Assembly: GCA_050633245.1 (NCBI GenBank)
Contig: JBOEGD010000016.1
Coordinates: 46-64,045 of the forward strand
Direction of reading: 5' to 3'
Length of the DNA stretch: 64,000 bases
From: Calditrichia bacterium
Lineage (GTDB): Bacteria > Calditrichota > Calditrichia > RBG-13-44-9 > J075
Shown: one piece after another, positions 10,575 to 20,601 of the stretch
Position numbering within the stretch: the first letter of the stretch is position 1
Layout of the letters: each line of letters begins with the position of its first letter
Position numbers and translations under genes: made by a program
The notes under the pieces: model-generated
What the model saw: the letters and a program-made list of their open reading frames with translations, nothing else
Databases searched by the model: none
What the model was told of the DNA's origin: nothing

Positions 10575-11119
10575 CACAGATGAAAAAACTCGATCCACTT
10601 TTCGAGCTGGGCAACCTTTTCATCTCCATGTTTGGCTATGCTGCTTCGAACTCGTTGCAGGGGCTTTTCCAAATAGAGCCGTTTCGGATTTTTGGAGTAG
10701 AACTTATCGGCGAAGCAGATAATTTGTTCTTCTAAAGAAACAGGACGCATTTCGCGAAGCGGAATCGGCAATCCCTGCTTCTTGATGTCCTTAATTGAGA
10801 TGCCGACTCCGGTGTGCCGTTCACAAACCAGAGCATGCTTTGGATAATCGAATGCTTCTACCATTTTGCGTCCCAAATAACCGTGTGCGATGTAAGGATG
10901 TTTACCATGACAGCCAATCTTTGGTGCGTCGGTGCGGATAATTCCAATATCGTGCAACATCGCCGCCTCGCTGATGAACTTCATATCCGGCTTAAACTCA
11001 CCTACTCTCTCTGCAAGCCACAACGCTTTATCCCGCACCAATTCCGAGTGCGTCATCAGAACATCATATGCCTTAGACTTTTTGTCATAATATTTGAGAA
11101 TGATTTTTTCAACTTTCAT
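10574..11119 (-). CDS. HD/HDIG-domain phosphohydrolase
   Basis: 181 aa with ...AAMLHDIGII... and ...HPYIAHGYLG...ERHTGVGI..., the His/Asp metal-ligand pattern of HD domains. Confidence 0.7.
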   Translation of the reverse strand: MKVEKIILKYYDKKSKAYDVLMTHSELVRDKALWLAERVGEFKPDMKFISEAAMLHDIGIIRTDAPKIGCHGKHPYIAHGYLGRKMVEAFDYPKHALVCERHTGVGISIKDIKKQGLPIPLREMRPVSLEEQIICFADKFYSKNPKRLYLEKPLQRVRSSIAKHGDEKVAQLEKWIEFFHL

Positions 11120-11174
11120 ATTCTATTTCCCGCCCATCGATAAACTCCATGTAATTCGCATCATTATTCGTCGT

Positions 11175-11801
11175 TTACCTCGCCGTGCGTACTGCACGAA
11201 CAAAACTGCCACCATATTCAACCTGATCATAATGACTATATCCATCACTAAAGTAAACGACCCACGCCCACAGGTTACTTTTTTTATCTGATGTCCAGAC
11301 GGCATATTGTTTTGACGAGAATAAAGGGTCGATATGAAGTTGATTCGATCGCCGTGCCGGCTCCACCAGCGTCATGGCTTCGGACAAGGTCGGCATACGC
11401 CAGTCACTAAAACCCGCATATCCAACGCGATTTAAACTATCCACATAGGAGCGCGTTTGAGAATATGCCATATAATATGCTGATCCGCTGCGTTGCCACA
11501 ACAATCCGCTCTGCCAATCATAAACGACTTTTCCACCAAGCTGTAATTCAAATTCATTTGCATAACCATCGGCTTCCGGATTCTTTCGTGAATCAAAAAC
11601 ACCGTCTTCGCGCAATAATACTTCAGTGCTGTCTTCAGGCAGGCGTGAAGACGCCTCAGAACGAACACGCACATCAGAACTTGAGCGTTTTGCTTTACTT
11701 GGTCCATAATAGCATGAACTCAGCAACAGCAAGGCGCCCAGCATTACGGCTGGTGCATATAGCTGTCTCAAGAAAATTCTCCTCAATTTCACAAAGCGCA
11801 A
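11175..11801 (-). CDS. DUF1566 (Lcl C-terminal domain) lipoprotein
   Basis: 208 aa with signal peptide plus lipobox ...LLLSSCYY... and the DUF1566 hallmark ...GFSDWRMPTLSEAMTL... Confidence 0.55.
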   Translation of the reverse strand: MRFVKLRRIFLRQLYAPAVMLGALLLLSSCYYGPSKAKRSSSDVRVRSEASSRLPEDSTEVLLREDGVFDSRKNPEADGYANEFELQLGGKVVYDWQSGLLWQRSGSAYYMAYSQTRSYVDSLNRVGYAGFSDWRMPTLSEAMTLVEPARRSNQLHIDPLFSSKQYAVWTSDKKSNLWAWVVYFSDGYSHYDQVEYGGSFVRAVRTAR

Positions 11802-11930
11802 AAATATATTATGTTTTCAGTGAATGCAAGATGCTATTTCATATGGGGCAGTAAAAAAACTCAATATTTTTTCAGCAGAAACCTTCTTATCGAATAAAAC
11901 GTAATAGAATAAATCCTAAAGGAGCGCCCC

Positions 11931-12896
11931 TTGAGAATAAAAACAATGATGTATCGTCTTTTTTTCACCATGACGTTACTACTTTTAAGCACGGCTTGCA
12001 TTACCAGAAATCCGGTTGTCCGAAATCTGCAAAATGTACAGATAGACGGTAGCGTTCCCGGCAGTGCTATTCATATTGTCGATGACAGGCAGCCCGGCAA
12101 AACAGAAGTTACGCCCTATGTGCGCATTAATCGCGACCGCAAGTCTTCTACGCGCCTGGATGGCCATACCATGGTAAACGATGAAGGTATTTTTGAAACG
12201 ATTGAGACGGCACCTGAAGAGTTCATTGAACAGGCGAACGTCAATACAATGCCCTATGAGGGCGACAATTTCAGCTGGGAACAACCTGCGTATCAGGCAG
12301 GTATCGACATCGTCGTTCCGCTCTCAAAGCTTGTCGCATTTACCGCCGCATTTGAGACATCCAGCATCAACGAGAGATCGACGTATGCACTTGGCCTTGG
12401 GTTAAACCTCGCCATCGTTGAAAAAAATTGGTCTGGTGAGATCATCGGGATGTTACGCACGCAAAAGCTCTATTATCAGGCTGAGGTTGTTGAAGTTGAG
12501 GACAAGCCGATTAGCGGATCGGAAACAAGGCGTGTTCGTTTCTATTCACTTGACAACGAAACGCTGTACTTCAATCCGTCAATTGCCCTTACTGTTAATG
12601 GTCGAAATCCTGACTGGGTTCTTCATCCATTCGCAAATATTGAATTAGGTAGCTTAGACTTAACCCGATTAGACGAACAACTTCCGGAGGATTCTTTCAC
12701 AGCACCGGTAACCAGTTCAACAAATTTAACACGCAGAGATCGCTATGTTGGTATTGCGGGTGGATTCTATATTCCGTTATCATCGAGCCAAAAAGTCCTC
12801 TTTGGTCTTCGCCGCAAAACCTTTGGCAGAACTGATAGCCTTAAGCCGGTCACAGACGGATTTGTTCAGTTCACTACAACTTTAGGTGGAAGTTAA
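11931..12896 (+). CDS. hypothetical secreted/outer-membrane protein
   Basis: 321 aa with signal peptide MMYRLFFTMTLLLLSTAC and beta-rich, aromatic-rich composition. No recognisable catalytic motif. Confidence 0.4.
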   Translation: MRIKTMMYRLFFTMTLLLLSTACITRNPVVRNLQNVQIDGSVPGSAIHIVDDRQPGKTEVTPYVRINRDRKSSTRLDGHTMVNDEGIFETIETAPEEFIEQANVNTMPYEGDNFSWEQPAYQAGIDIVVPLSKLVAFTAAFETSSINERSTYALGLGLNLAIVEKNWSGEIIGMLRTQKLYYQAEVVEVEDKPISGSETRRVRFYSLDNETLYFNPSIALTVNGRNPDWVLHPFANIELGSLDLTRLDEQLPEDSFTAPVTSSTNLTRRDRYVGIAGGFYIPLSSSQKVLFGLRRKTFGRTDSLKPVTDGFVQFTTTLGGS

Positions 12897-12914
12897 TTTC
12901 TACCGGCAACAATT

Positions 12915-13799
12915 TTGCGCAACATAATTGGTCGCATATCGTTATCTTTATCCATGATAGTAAAGTGGCTAAAACAACCTTTCCGTTTAAATAGCGCTCT
13001 GGAGACCAATTGGAGAACTATTATCTCTATGAGCTGCTTTGTCGGAATCTTCCTTCTGATATTTAAGCCCTTCGGCCTCTCTACATTAACCGGTTTGTTA
13101 AGCATACCCATATTGCTGGGTTTCGGTCTCGTAACATTTTTAGTTCTCCTGTTTACACACATGGTAATACCACGCGTTTTTCCTAATCTTTTTCAGACCA
13201 AAAGCTGGACAGTTTGGAAAGAAATTATTTGGAGTATGACGCATATCTCCCTGATAGGGCTCGGGAATCTCTTCTATTTTGGTTGGCTAAGCCTTACCAC
13301 TGTCGACTGGACGGCCCTGATGAATTTTCAGCTCTATACGCTGGCTGTCGGAATGATTCCGATTGTCGTAATGACGTTAATCAGACAGCCACGATCTCGA
13401 ACCGAGCTAAAAATCGTTCCGGTAGTTGAAGCACCGGACACCATTTCATTACTCGGCAACAATAAAGATGAGATGGTCAAGTTTAGTGCGTCGCAGCTGG
13501 TGTCTCTTCAGTCTGAAGGGAATTATGTTCGGGTGGTGGTTGCCGAAGGTAACAAATCGAAGGACCGTTTAATGCGCGTCAGCCTCTCGGCCGTTGAAAA
13601 ACAACTGGAAGGCCAGCCAAATATTTTTCGGGTTCATCGCACGGTTTTGATAAACCTGTCTCGGGTAGATTCGCTTCGCGGCAGTGCACAGGGCGGAGAA
13701 CTTACAATGCAGGGATTACCCACTCCCCTGCCAGTCTCACGCAGCCGTATTCAAGAGCTACGTCGGTTGGTCGATAGCCGCCTCACTGTTTCCGGCTAA
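12915..13799 (+). CDS. membrane-anchored LytTR-family DNA-binding protein
   Basis: 294 aa with four predicted TM helices, then a C-terminal LytTR domain (...VSLQSEGNYVRVVVAEGNKSKDRLMRVSLSAVEKQLEGQPNIFRVHRTVLINLSRV...). Confidence 0.7.
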   Translation: MRNIIGRISLSLSMIVKWLKQPFRLNSALETNWRTIISMSCFVGIFLLIFKPFGLSTLTGLLSIPILLGFGLVTFLVLLFTHMVIPRVFPNLFQTKSWTVWKEIIWSMTHISLIGLGNLFYFGWLSLTTVDWTALMNFQLYTLAVGMIPIVVMTLIRQPRSRTELKIVPVVEAPDTISLLGNNKDEMVKFSASQLVSLQSEGNYVRVVVAEGNKSKDRLMRVSLSAVEKQLEGQPNIFRVHRTVLINLSRVDSLRGSAQGGELTMQGLPTPLPVSRSRIQELRRLVDSRLTVSG

Positions 13800-14720
13800 A
13801 TTATTCTCAGGCTCATCTATTTTGGCAAAAAGTTTCCCGACACCTCCCCAATTATATTTCCTCCAAAGAACTCCAAGAAAGACCGCTGCCCCGAAAAACC
13901 ACGAAATCATCATCCAGGTCTTATCAGCGGATTGCATTGCAAATATCGAAGTGGTTTCTATGGCAGAGTCCGGAGGACTGACAATCAGAGCACCATATAT
14001 ATTATTCGCCGCATGATACCCCAATGCAAGCTCAAGACCATCGTCCATAATTGTGCACACAGCCAAAACCAATCCGACACTAATGTAGTAGGTCATCATA
14101 TATACAACACCATACGCACCGACTTCCGGATTAGATGCGTGCATTGCGCCAAAAAGCAATGAGGTAATCAGAATTGGGATCAAGCGATACTTTGTCAAAA
14201 GACCAATAATCTGAAAAAGATAACCGCGAAAGAACAACTCTTCGGCGCTGGTTTGTATCGAAATAATAACAAGCGCAATAAGCATTAACGGAATAAAGGC
14301 CCATAGGTCGAGCTGAAACACATAGCTCTCAGGATTATTAAAAAATGCGATGACATCCATCATCATAGACAGCGCAAACCACAAACCAAAAGCGAAGAAT
14401 ATCCTTTGCCAGTCAACCGCCGATCTGGCGGTAACAAGCGTCCTGGGGTCTCGAACATGGATCCACTTTACCACCACAAAAATTGTTGCGAACAAGACAA
14501 TAAATGGTGTAAAAAGGATCATAAAATACAAAAGCTGACCCAGGTTTTCAGGATTAACTCCAACACCAAACTCGCCTTCGGGGCGCGTAACAGCGTGCAG
14601 GAACATAATGCCGATAACAATTAATCTCGCAACTATAAACACAGACAAAATAATTGCGATAAACGACAGCAGATATCTCAGTGCAGAATGTTTTCCCGGT
14701 CGTCCAGCTTCGATATACAT
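13758..14720 (-). CDS. CPBP-family intramembrane metalloprotease (CAAX protease / Abi family)
   Basis: 320 aa polytopic protein with motif 1 EELFFRGYLFQ and motif ...FGAMHASN.... The 3' ends of this gene and the LytTR gene overlap convergently by ~40 nt. Confidence 0.8.
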   Translation of the reverse strand: MYIEAGRPGKHSALRYLLSFIAIILSVFIVARLIVIGIMFLHAVTRPEGEFGVGVNPENLGQLLYFMILFTPFIVLFATIFVVVKWIHVRDPRTLVTARSAVDWQRIFFAFGLWFALSMMMDVIAFFNNPESYVFQLDLWAFIPLMLIALVIISIQTSAEELFFRGYLFQIIGLLTKYRLIPILITSLLFGAMHASNPEVGAYGVVYMMTYYISVGLVLAVCTIMDDGLELALGYHAANNIYGALIVSPPDSAIETTSIFAMQSADKTWMMISWFFGAAVFLGVLWRKYNWGGVGKLFAKIDEPENNLAGNSEAAIDQPT

Positions 14721-14895
14721 TATTTCCCCTTAGATTTGCTAAAATATAAGATTCAAAATCCACGCATCAAACCGATTGTCAATTTTGCTCCTGCAGTTCA
14801 TCCCTTATTCCTGCAATTCAGCACTGTAGGCGAGCATTCTTACTGTAGAAAGCGTATCTAGGATAGAATAGTTTACGCCAAATAATAATGGAGAC

Positions 14896-15567
14896 TTGCA
14901 AATGGATTTTTTTGTTCAATGGACACTTTATACACACATCGCCGCTGGATTTATTGCGCTGGTTGTGGCCCCGATTGCCATGCTCACGCAAAAGGGAGGT
15001 GAGCAACATCGCCGGTGGGGCAAAGTGTATTTTTATGGTATGGCGATGGTAACGGTTACGGCAATTATTGTTTCTCTCTACCGCCCTATACCATTTCTGC
15101 TAATGGTTGCCGTTTTCAGCTTTTACACTATAGTTAGTGCCTATCGCATCCTTTATCTAAAAAAGCTTCACAAGGGCCAAAAGCCGAAGCGATTGGACTG
15201 GATAATTGCCACAATTGCCGGCGCTTTTAACATTGGCTTGCTAGGTTGGGGAATTCAAATCATTACGAGCAGCGAGAACAACTTTGGTATTGTCGCAATC
15301 GTATTCGGCCTAGTAGGCATAGCAGGGGTTGTTCAGAATACGTGGGCTTTTTTTAAGCCTCCTACCGCAGCTAATCATTGGCTGTTGAATCACATGTCGG
15401 GTATGTTGGGAGGGTATATCGCAACCGTGACGGCTTTCTCGGCTGTGAACCTACATTTTATGCCAACGGTGCTACAATGGCTCTGGCCGACTCTGATAGG
15501 TGCGCCATTAATCAGTTACTGGAGAAGACAATATCAGACTAAAAAGAAGGTAGCAGTTGAGGGATAA
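14896..15567 (+). CDS. hypothetical polytopic membrane protein
   Basis: 223 aa with 5-6 hydrophobic helices and no recognisable motif. Confidence 0.4.
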   Translation: MQMDFFVQWTLYTHIAAGFIALVVAPIAMLTQKGGEQHRRWGKVYFYGMAMVTVTAIIVSLYRPIPFLLMVAVFSFYTIVSAYRILYLKKLHKGQKPKRLDWIIATIAGAFNIGLLGWGIQIITSSENNFGIVAIVFGLVGIAGVVQNTWAFFKPPTAANHWLLNHMSGMLGGYIATVTAFSAVNLHFMPTVLQWLWPTLIGAPLISYWRRQYQTKKKVAVEG

Positions 15568-15660
15568 AAAACAGAACACCAATAAAGCATCGTGTGTGGT
15601 GAAGGTCAGGATTCCAGTTGTCCTTCACACGCTTTATCGGTGTTCCTTAGGAGAAGTCGG

Positions 15661-18600
15661 TTAGCTTTTCATCTGCGCATTTTTGAGATCCTGCATGGTT
15701 ACTTCTGTCGGAATCTCTATCAGATAAATTTCGCCATCATATTCAAAAACTATTTTATTTCCGTCACTCGTTGCACAGGCTTCAGTCTTATGAAACGTGG
15801 TGCCGTCCTTATATTTTCCACTTCCGTCCTGTAGCGGAGTCATCAGATCGACAGACTCACCATCTTGCCAAAGTTTAATCGTCGTCATAAATCCAATATT
15901 CAGTCCTGTATAATCACTGATCACAACTTTTTCTCCGCCATTGGATGCAGACAGAAAAGGTGGATTGTTTTTAAAGATCGTAAACAGTTTTCTGCTTTCC
16001 TTCGTATTCACATCAACATACATACAGTTAAGTCTTAACGTGCGCTTACGCTTTGTTTTTTCCTCTTCAAAAAACATGACCCCGGAGTTACCGGCATAAA
16101 AAAGGAGATTATTAAACGGGTCTTTCTCAAAAAGCGTCCTCAGGAATCGCCCATTGTGATCATAAACTTTGTTATTGCTTATAACCCCGGATTTATTAGC
16201 AAGTGGTAGAAAACCAAACCGTGACTTTTTAACAGGAAGAGACAACCGCTGTAAGGAATCGCCGCCCACTTCGAAAAAATATTGATACTGTCCGCCAGAG
16301 TTGTAGGCGGTCAGATAAGCATGCTTATTGTTACCAAGCAGGTAGGGTCGATCCCAATCGTAGAAAAACTCATTCTTTTTGGTAATGCGCAGCTTGCGAT
16401 TGCTCTGTAGATTGTGAATATATACATCTTTAAACCAGATCTTTTTTGTCCATTCCTCAACCGGCTTCACGTAAGCAATTCTGCTTCCATCCGGGCTAAT
16501 ATTGGGATACTTGCCTTTCGTTACTTTACGAACAGAATAAAGCAACTCCATCGGAACATCAATGCTGAAGGCACCTTCACCCCGCCCCAGTTCAACATTT
16601 AGACTCTGGGTTTTGTAACGCACGAATTCAAGCCCATCCATGTCCTCAAGCTGGGTAGGATAGACAACGATTTCTTTTTTACCGATCATGTTATCTTCCA
16701 GACGAAACGCCTGTTTACCTGCTTGCTCACCGACAACAACGGCTTTCTCTCCATCAATAAAAACATGAGCTTTCGCCATCGTTGGCACATTTACGATAAT
16801 GTCTCTATGCATACCGAGCCAATACCAATAGCCAGCTCCAATAAGAGCCAGAAAGCCAACAATGACTGCTGCGCGTTTAAGCATGAGCGACATGGGGACA
16901 CCCGTAGGCTGCTGAGGACGACGTCTTTCACGCTCTCCAACAACGGTAACCAGGGTTTCCGGTGTTTCTTCTTCCGTCGTCAGCGCTGGATGTGAAGGCC
17001 ATTCATCTTGCTCTTCCTCGGCCTCCTGATGCTGAGACCATTCATCTTCATCAACGTCTACTAAATGATCGCGAGCCTCTTCGTCCACTTCTTCTTCAGT
17101 TACGACTTCCGAATCAAAATGGGCAGGCGATTCGAGATTCACCATCGTTGCCTCGCCTTCGAGTTCAGCAACATCATCAAGCGCATCTTCAAGTGCTTCT
17201 TCAACAATGTCTTCTTCTGATGAAGGTAAAATTACGATGGTTGTTTCGGTACTATCTGGTAGAAGCGTTGCCTCTTCACCGGTAAAATCTTCGGATTCAG
17301 GTTTCTCGATTTTGTCTAAATCTTCAGCTGTTGGAGTGGCAAGCTCTGGAATGGTAAGATCTTGTTCCGGGTAGTCTTCGTCTTTAATATCTTCGACTAA
17401 CGAGGCTTCAGTTGCCCTGTCAGGATCCAAAAGAATCGTTTCTGAATCGACAAGCAATTCCTCATCATCCGCATCTGCTTTCGTCGTTCCATCCGGCCAG
17501 TCAATTGCCCCGGCTTCACTATCTTCAGTCACCTCGTCAACATCAGAAACATCATCTTCAGAAGCGACTGCATCATTAGTTAATGAGCCGTTGAGTTCGG
17601 CCTCATGATATTCATCGTGAATTTCGTATACGCCATTATCAGAATCGATGGTCACATCTTCCGGAATCTCGATGTCATCATCATCCACCGCGATATCGTC
17701 AGCTTGCTCCTCAAGAAGCGGTGTTGTCGGCGAGGTTTCTACCAGTGGCTCCGAAAGCACACGCATGACGTCTGCCAACTCGGTATCATCGGTTTCAACC
17801 GAGACCGAATCCAAAAAGTCTTCATAGGTCTTTGCAAGTTCTGCAATATCATTCTCACCAACTGCAACAAAGGGAGTAAACTCATCTTCCACAATATCCG
17901 CTTCTTCAACTTGTGGAATAAGCTGTGGATTGCCTTCGTCATCGGGACCGGCATCACCAAGATCTTCCCATTCTTCGAGACTATCGTAAAGATGAAGCGG
18001 GAGCATCCAGTCCAGCGCTTCATATTTGGAAAATCCACTGGGGTCAACTTCCTGAGAATATGCGATAGGCTGGACGGAAACAGCATTCAGCGAAGGAACG
18101 AACTCGCGTAGTTCGCTTAACAGCGTGGCTGTACCGGTTACATCGGCCACAATAAAGCGACAAATGGCAGCAAGACTGTGCATTTTTTCGAGAACGCCCG
18201 GCGCATTTAACGTTTCATAGTCGAAGACAACAGGTAAGTAGCCCTGTTCTCGCAGCTTTTGGGAGACGGCTTTGCGGATGGTACGACGAGACTCTGTAAA
18301 GGCACCAACAAGTAATACTGCCTTTTCACGATAGCCATTTACCAGAACACCGGCATCGTCATCATGGACAATACGATGCACAAACTGAGAGAAGGTCAGT
18401 CCATCCACGGCGATGTAGGGTTCGTTGCGATAAGAAACGACGAGCGAGTGCTCACGCACATTATCAAGCGCAACCTGTTCTAAGCCAAGACCACAAACAG
18501 ATGCTCCGGACAAATCGGCACCAGTTAAGTTTGTGCGAACAAGAATCGTATTATTAAGATTCACATTTCCCAAATTAGCCGAGGATAAGTCGGCATTTGA

Positions 18601-18813
18601 CAATATGACGCCACGTAAATCCGAATTACGAATATCCGAACCGCTTAAATCGGTATCCGTCAGATCGGTATTTCTAAAATCGATGCCACGAAAATCACCT
18701 GCTTTTAGACGGGTGCGACTAAGAATAGGGCGAACTTCCGCGTTGGCTAAGCGCCACTTGTTCCAGGAGTGAACACCTTCCTCAAGGATCGCGAGATGCT
18801 CTTTATTTGCCAT
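15661..18813 (-). CDS. large single-pass membrane protein: N-terminal pentapeptide repeats, Rossmann/TIR-like segment, long acidic disordered region, TM helix, C-terminal TolB/PD40-like beta-propeller region
   Basis: 1050 aa. Residues 1-140 are tandem pentapeptide repeats (...DLTDTDLSGSDIRNSDLRGVILSNADLSSANLGNVNLNNTILVRTNLTGADLSGA...). An ~350 aa Asp/Glu-rich low-complexity stretch follows, then the TM helix AAVIVGFLALIGAGYWYWLGM. The C-terminal part contains PD40-like ...NISPDGSRIAYV... Confidence 0.6.
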   Translation of the reverse strand: MANKEHLAILEEGVHSWNKWRLANAEVRPILSRTRLKAGDFRGIDFRNTDLTDTDLSGSDIRNSDLRGVILSNADLSSANLGNVNLNNTILVRTNLTGADLSGASVCGLGLEQVALDNVREHSLVVSYRNEPYIAVDGLTFSQFVHRIVHDDDAGVLVNGYREKAVLLVGAFTESRRTIRKAVSQKLREQGYLPVVFDYETLNAPGVLEKMHSLAAICRFIVADVTGTATLLSELREFVPSLNAVSVQPIAYSQEVDPSGFSKYEALDWMLPLHLYDSLEEWEDLGDAGPDDEGNPQLIPQVEEADIVEDEFTPFVAVGENDIAELAKTYEDFLDSVSVETDDTELADVMRVLSEPLVETSPTTPLLEEQADDIAVDDDDIEIPEDVTIDSDNGVYEIHDEYHEAELNGSLTNDAVASEDDVSDVDEVTEDSEAGAIDWPDGTTKADADDEELLVDSETILLDPDRATEASLVEDIKDEDYPEQDLTIPELATPTAEDLDKIEKPESEDFTGEEATLLPDSTETTIVILPSSEEDIVEEALEDALDDVAELEGEATMVNLESPAHFDSEVVTEEEVDEEARDHLVDVDEDEWSQHQEAEEEQDEWPSHPALTTEEETPETLVTVVGERERRRPQQPTGVPMSLMLKRAAVIVGFLALIGAGYWYWLGMHRDIIVNVPTMAKAHVFIDGEKAVVVGEQAGKQAFRLEDNMIGKKEIVVYPTQLEDMDGLEFVRYKTQSLNVELGRGEGAFSIDVPMELLYSVRKVTKGKYPNISPDGSRIAYVKPVEEWTKKIWFKDVYIHNLQSNRKLRITKKNEFFYDWDRPYLLGNNKHAYLTAYNSGGQYQYFFEVGGDSLQRLSLPVKKSRFGFLPLANKSGVISNNKVYDHNGRFLRTLFEKDPFNNLLFYAGNSGVMFFEEEKTKRKRTLRLNCMYVDVNTKESRKLFTIFKNNPPFLSASNGGEKVVISDYTGLNIGFMTTIKLWQDGESVDLMTPLQDGSGKYKDGTTFHKTEACATSDGNKIVFEYDGEIYLIEIPTEVTMQDLKNAQMKS

Positions 18814-19074
18814 TAGACCTCAATACATTTTTTTGGGTATTATACAGGCATTCAACAGATAGAATTAAAACTATATCACATTATCCATGACCATTTTTTT
18901 TAGTATCCCCGAACAGCTTGTCCCCAGAGCAATTTTTTTGACAACATGCCTATAAAATTTGTGTTATTCTTAAAAATGAATTCCGGCGAACGGGCACTGA
19001 ATCACGTTCATTTACTCCTTAAAAACGTTTATTGCGAGAGAAATCCACTATACATTTTTGCCGGGAGATGCCTT

Positions 19075-20112
19075 ATGCTTCGCGTATTGCTATTACTTCT
19101 TTCGCTTTCCCTCTGCGCCAACGGACAACTTGCCAATATGAAGAGTGAGGCAAAACGAGCTGTTGGCAGCGACCAGGTATTACTCCTAATCGACATTTCC
19201 AACGCCTACCGCATTATGTCACCTGATAGTGCCCAGCACTACGCCACTCTTGCTTTGGCAAAGGCCAGAAGCAATCGCAGCGGTATCGATCAGATTCGTG
19301 CTATGCAGTTACTGGGTGACTTACATATGGATAAGTTTGAAGCGCTAAAAGCTCTTGCCATATATGAGGAAGCACGCGTTTTAGTGCAAAAAAAGCAACA
19401 AACGCGTTTTGAGAGTGCTATTAATCGACAGATTGGAAATGCTTTTCTTGCCTTGAAGCAATACGAAAATGCTCTGGAAAAATATCGTAAAGCCCTGATA
19501 AGTGCCAAAGCAGCAGAAAATTCGCTCGAAATTGCGCGTATCAGTATTCAATTGGGACAGACATATGGTAGCATGGGAGACTCGCTGATGGCGACACGCT
19601 ACTTTTCCAGAAGTAGCAAACTGGCCAGAGACCTGGATTCAGATAGTCTTATTATTGAGGCTGCCTTGGGTAATTACAAGATTTACAGTAAGAAGCGCTC
19701 GTACAACAGAGCGCTTTCCGCCTATAGAACATTTGCAACAACTTCCGCTAAGGTAGAAAAGCTTGATTACGAAAATCAACTTACCCAGCTTCGCATAGAG
19801 AATGCTACGGCGCAAGATCAGTTGCGTGCTCAAATAGCGGCACTAACCAGGAATATCACTGAACAGAGTGCCAGCCAATCGAACTGGACAATGGCGTTGC
19901 TCATTTGCATTGGTGTGTTGCTCCTGGTCTGTGGCTTTCTATTCTGGAGCCGTAAAAATCTTCTTGCACCAAAGCAATCTGTAAACCGTCCTGCGGCAGA
20001 AAAACCTGCTGCCGGAGATAGCACTCAGCCGGATTTGTCGGCAATTCAAGAACGTTTGGTTCGCCCAGAGGCAATAAGACGCCTCCGGGACGAACGCACT
20101 AATTCTCACTAA
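19075..20112 (+). CDS. tetratricopeptide-repeat protein with signal peptide and C-terminal TM anchor
   Basis: ORF track begins at 18946, but the signal peptide MLRVLLLLLSLSLCANG starts at 19075. TPR-like repeats follow (...AYRIMSPDSAQHYATLALAKA..., ...AINRQIGNAFLALKQYENALEKYRKAL...), then a late TM helix WTMALLICIGVLLLVCGFLFW. Confidence 0.55.
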   Translation: MLRVLLLLLSLSLCANGQLANMKSEAKRAVGSDQVLLLIDISNAYRIMSPDSAQHYATLALAKARSNRSGIDQIRAMQLLGDLHMDKFEALKALAIYEEARVLVQKKQQTRFESAINRQIGNAFLALKQYENALEKYRKALISAKAAENSLEIARISIQLGQTYGSMGDSLMATRYFSRSSKLARDLDSDSLIIEAALGNYKIYSKKRSYNRALSAYRTFATTSAKVEKLDYENQLTQLRIENATAQDQLRAQIAALTRNITEQSASQSNWTMALLICIGVLLLVCGFLFWSRKNLLAPKQSVNRPAAEKPAAGDSTQPDLSAIQERLVRPEAIRRLRDERTNSH

Positions 20113-20305
20113 AAACGCGATCCTGATTGCGTTCTATCTGCTCCCATAATAGTTCGTCATTTTTTACAAGACGAACAATCAGCATATCAACATCGAGCTC
20201 TCGGCGCTGTTTTTTTGTTAAAACCTTGTAGGCATTTAAGAATCCCATCAGAACTCGTAGTCGTTCTTCATACGGGCTTTCCTTCGGCGGGTACATCGCA
20301 TCCAT
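20099..20305 (-). CDS. hypothetical small protein (68 aa)
   Basis: ORF only; charged helical composition; no motif. Confidence 0.2.
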   Translation of the reverse strand: MDAMYPPKESPYEERLRVLMGFLNAYKVLTKKQRRELDVDMLIVRLVKNDELLWEQIERNQDRVFSEN

Positions 20306-20601
20306 TTAACCAACTCCCTTTGGTATATGGTATTTTACTTCCAAACGCGTTCTATCAACATCCGTGTCGCAGAACGTCCTTCCTATACAACAATCGTCTC
20401 CTGTTAGTAAAAGATTAAACCTTTGTCATAAATTCGGGATACTTATTCTTTATACTTTTGCGGGTTTACAATCAACTTTTACTCACTATCGGGCAGCTTT
20501 TGCATTTTTTGTTAAATACGACTAAACTTGTTCTTTAACGCCGATATTTCCAATCGCCGCCAGATAGTAAGAATCGACCTTTTCATAGATGGAAAACAGG
20601 G

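Noticed and set aside
17605-18111. 168 aa plus-strand ORF, together with several other 60-120 aa ORFs between 16.4 and 18.8 kb
   Set aside because: These are antisense shadow ORFs inside the 1050 aa minus-strand gene. They have low-complexity translations driven by the GAx codon bias of the acidic region.
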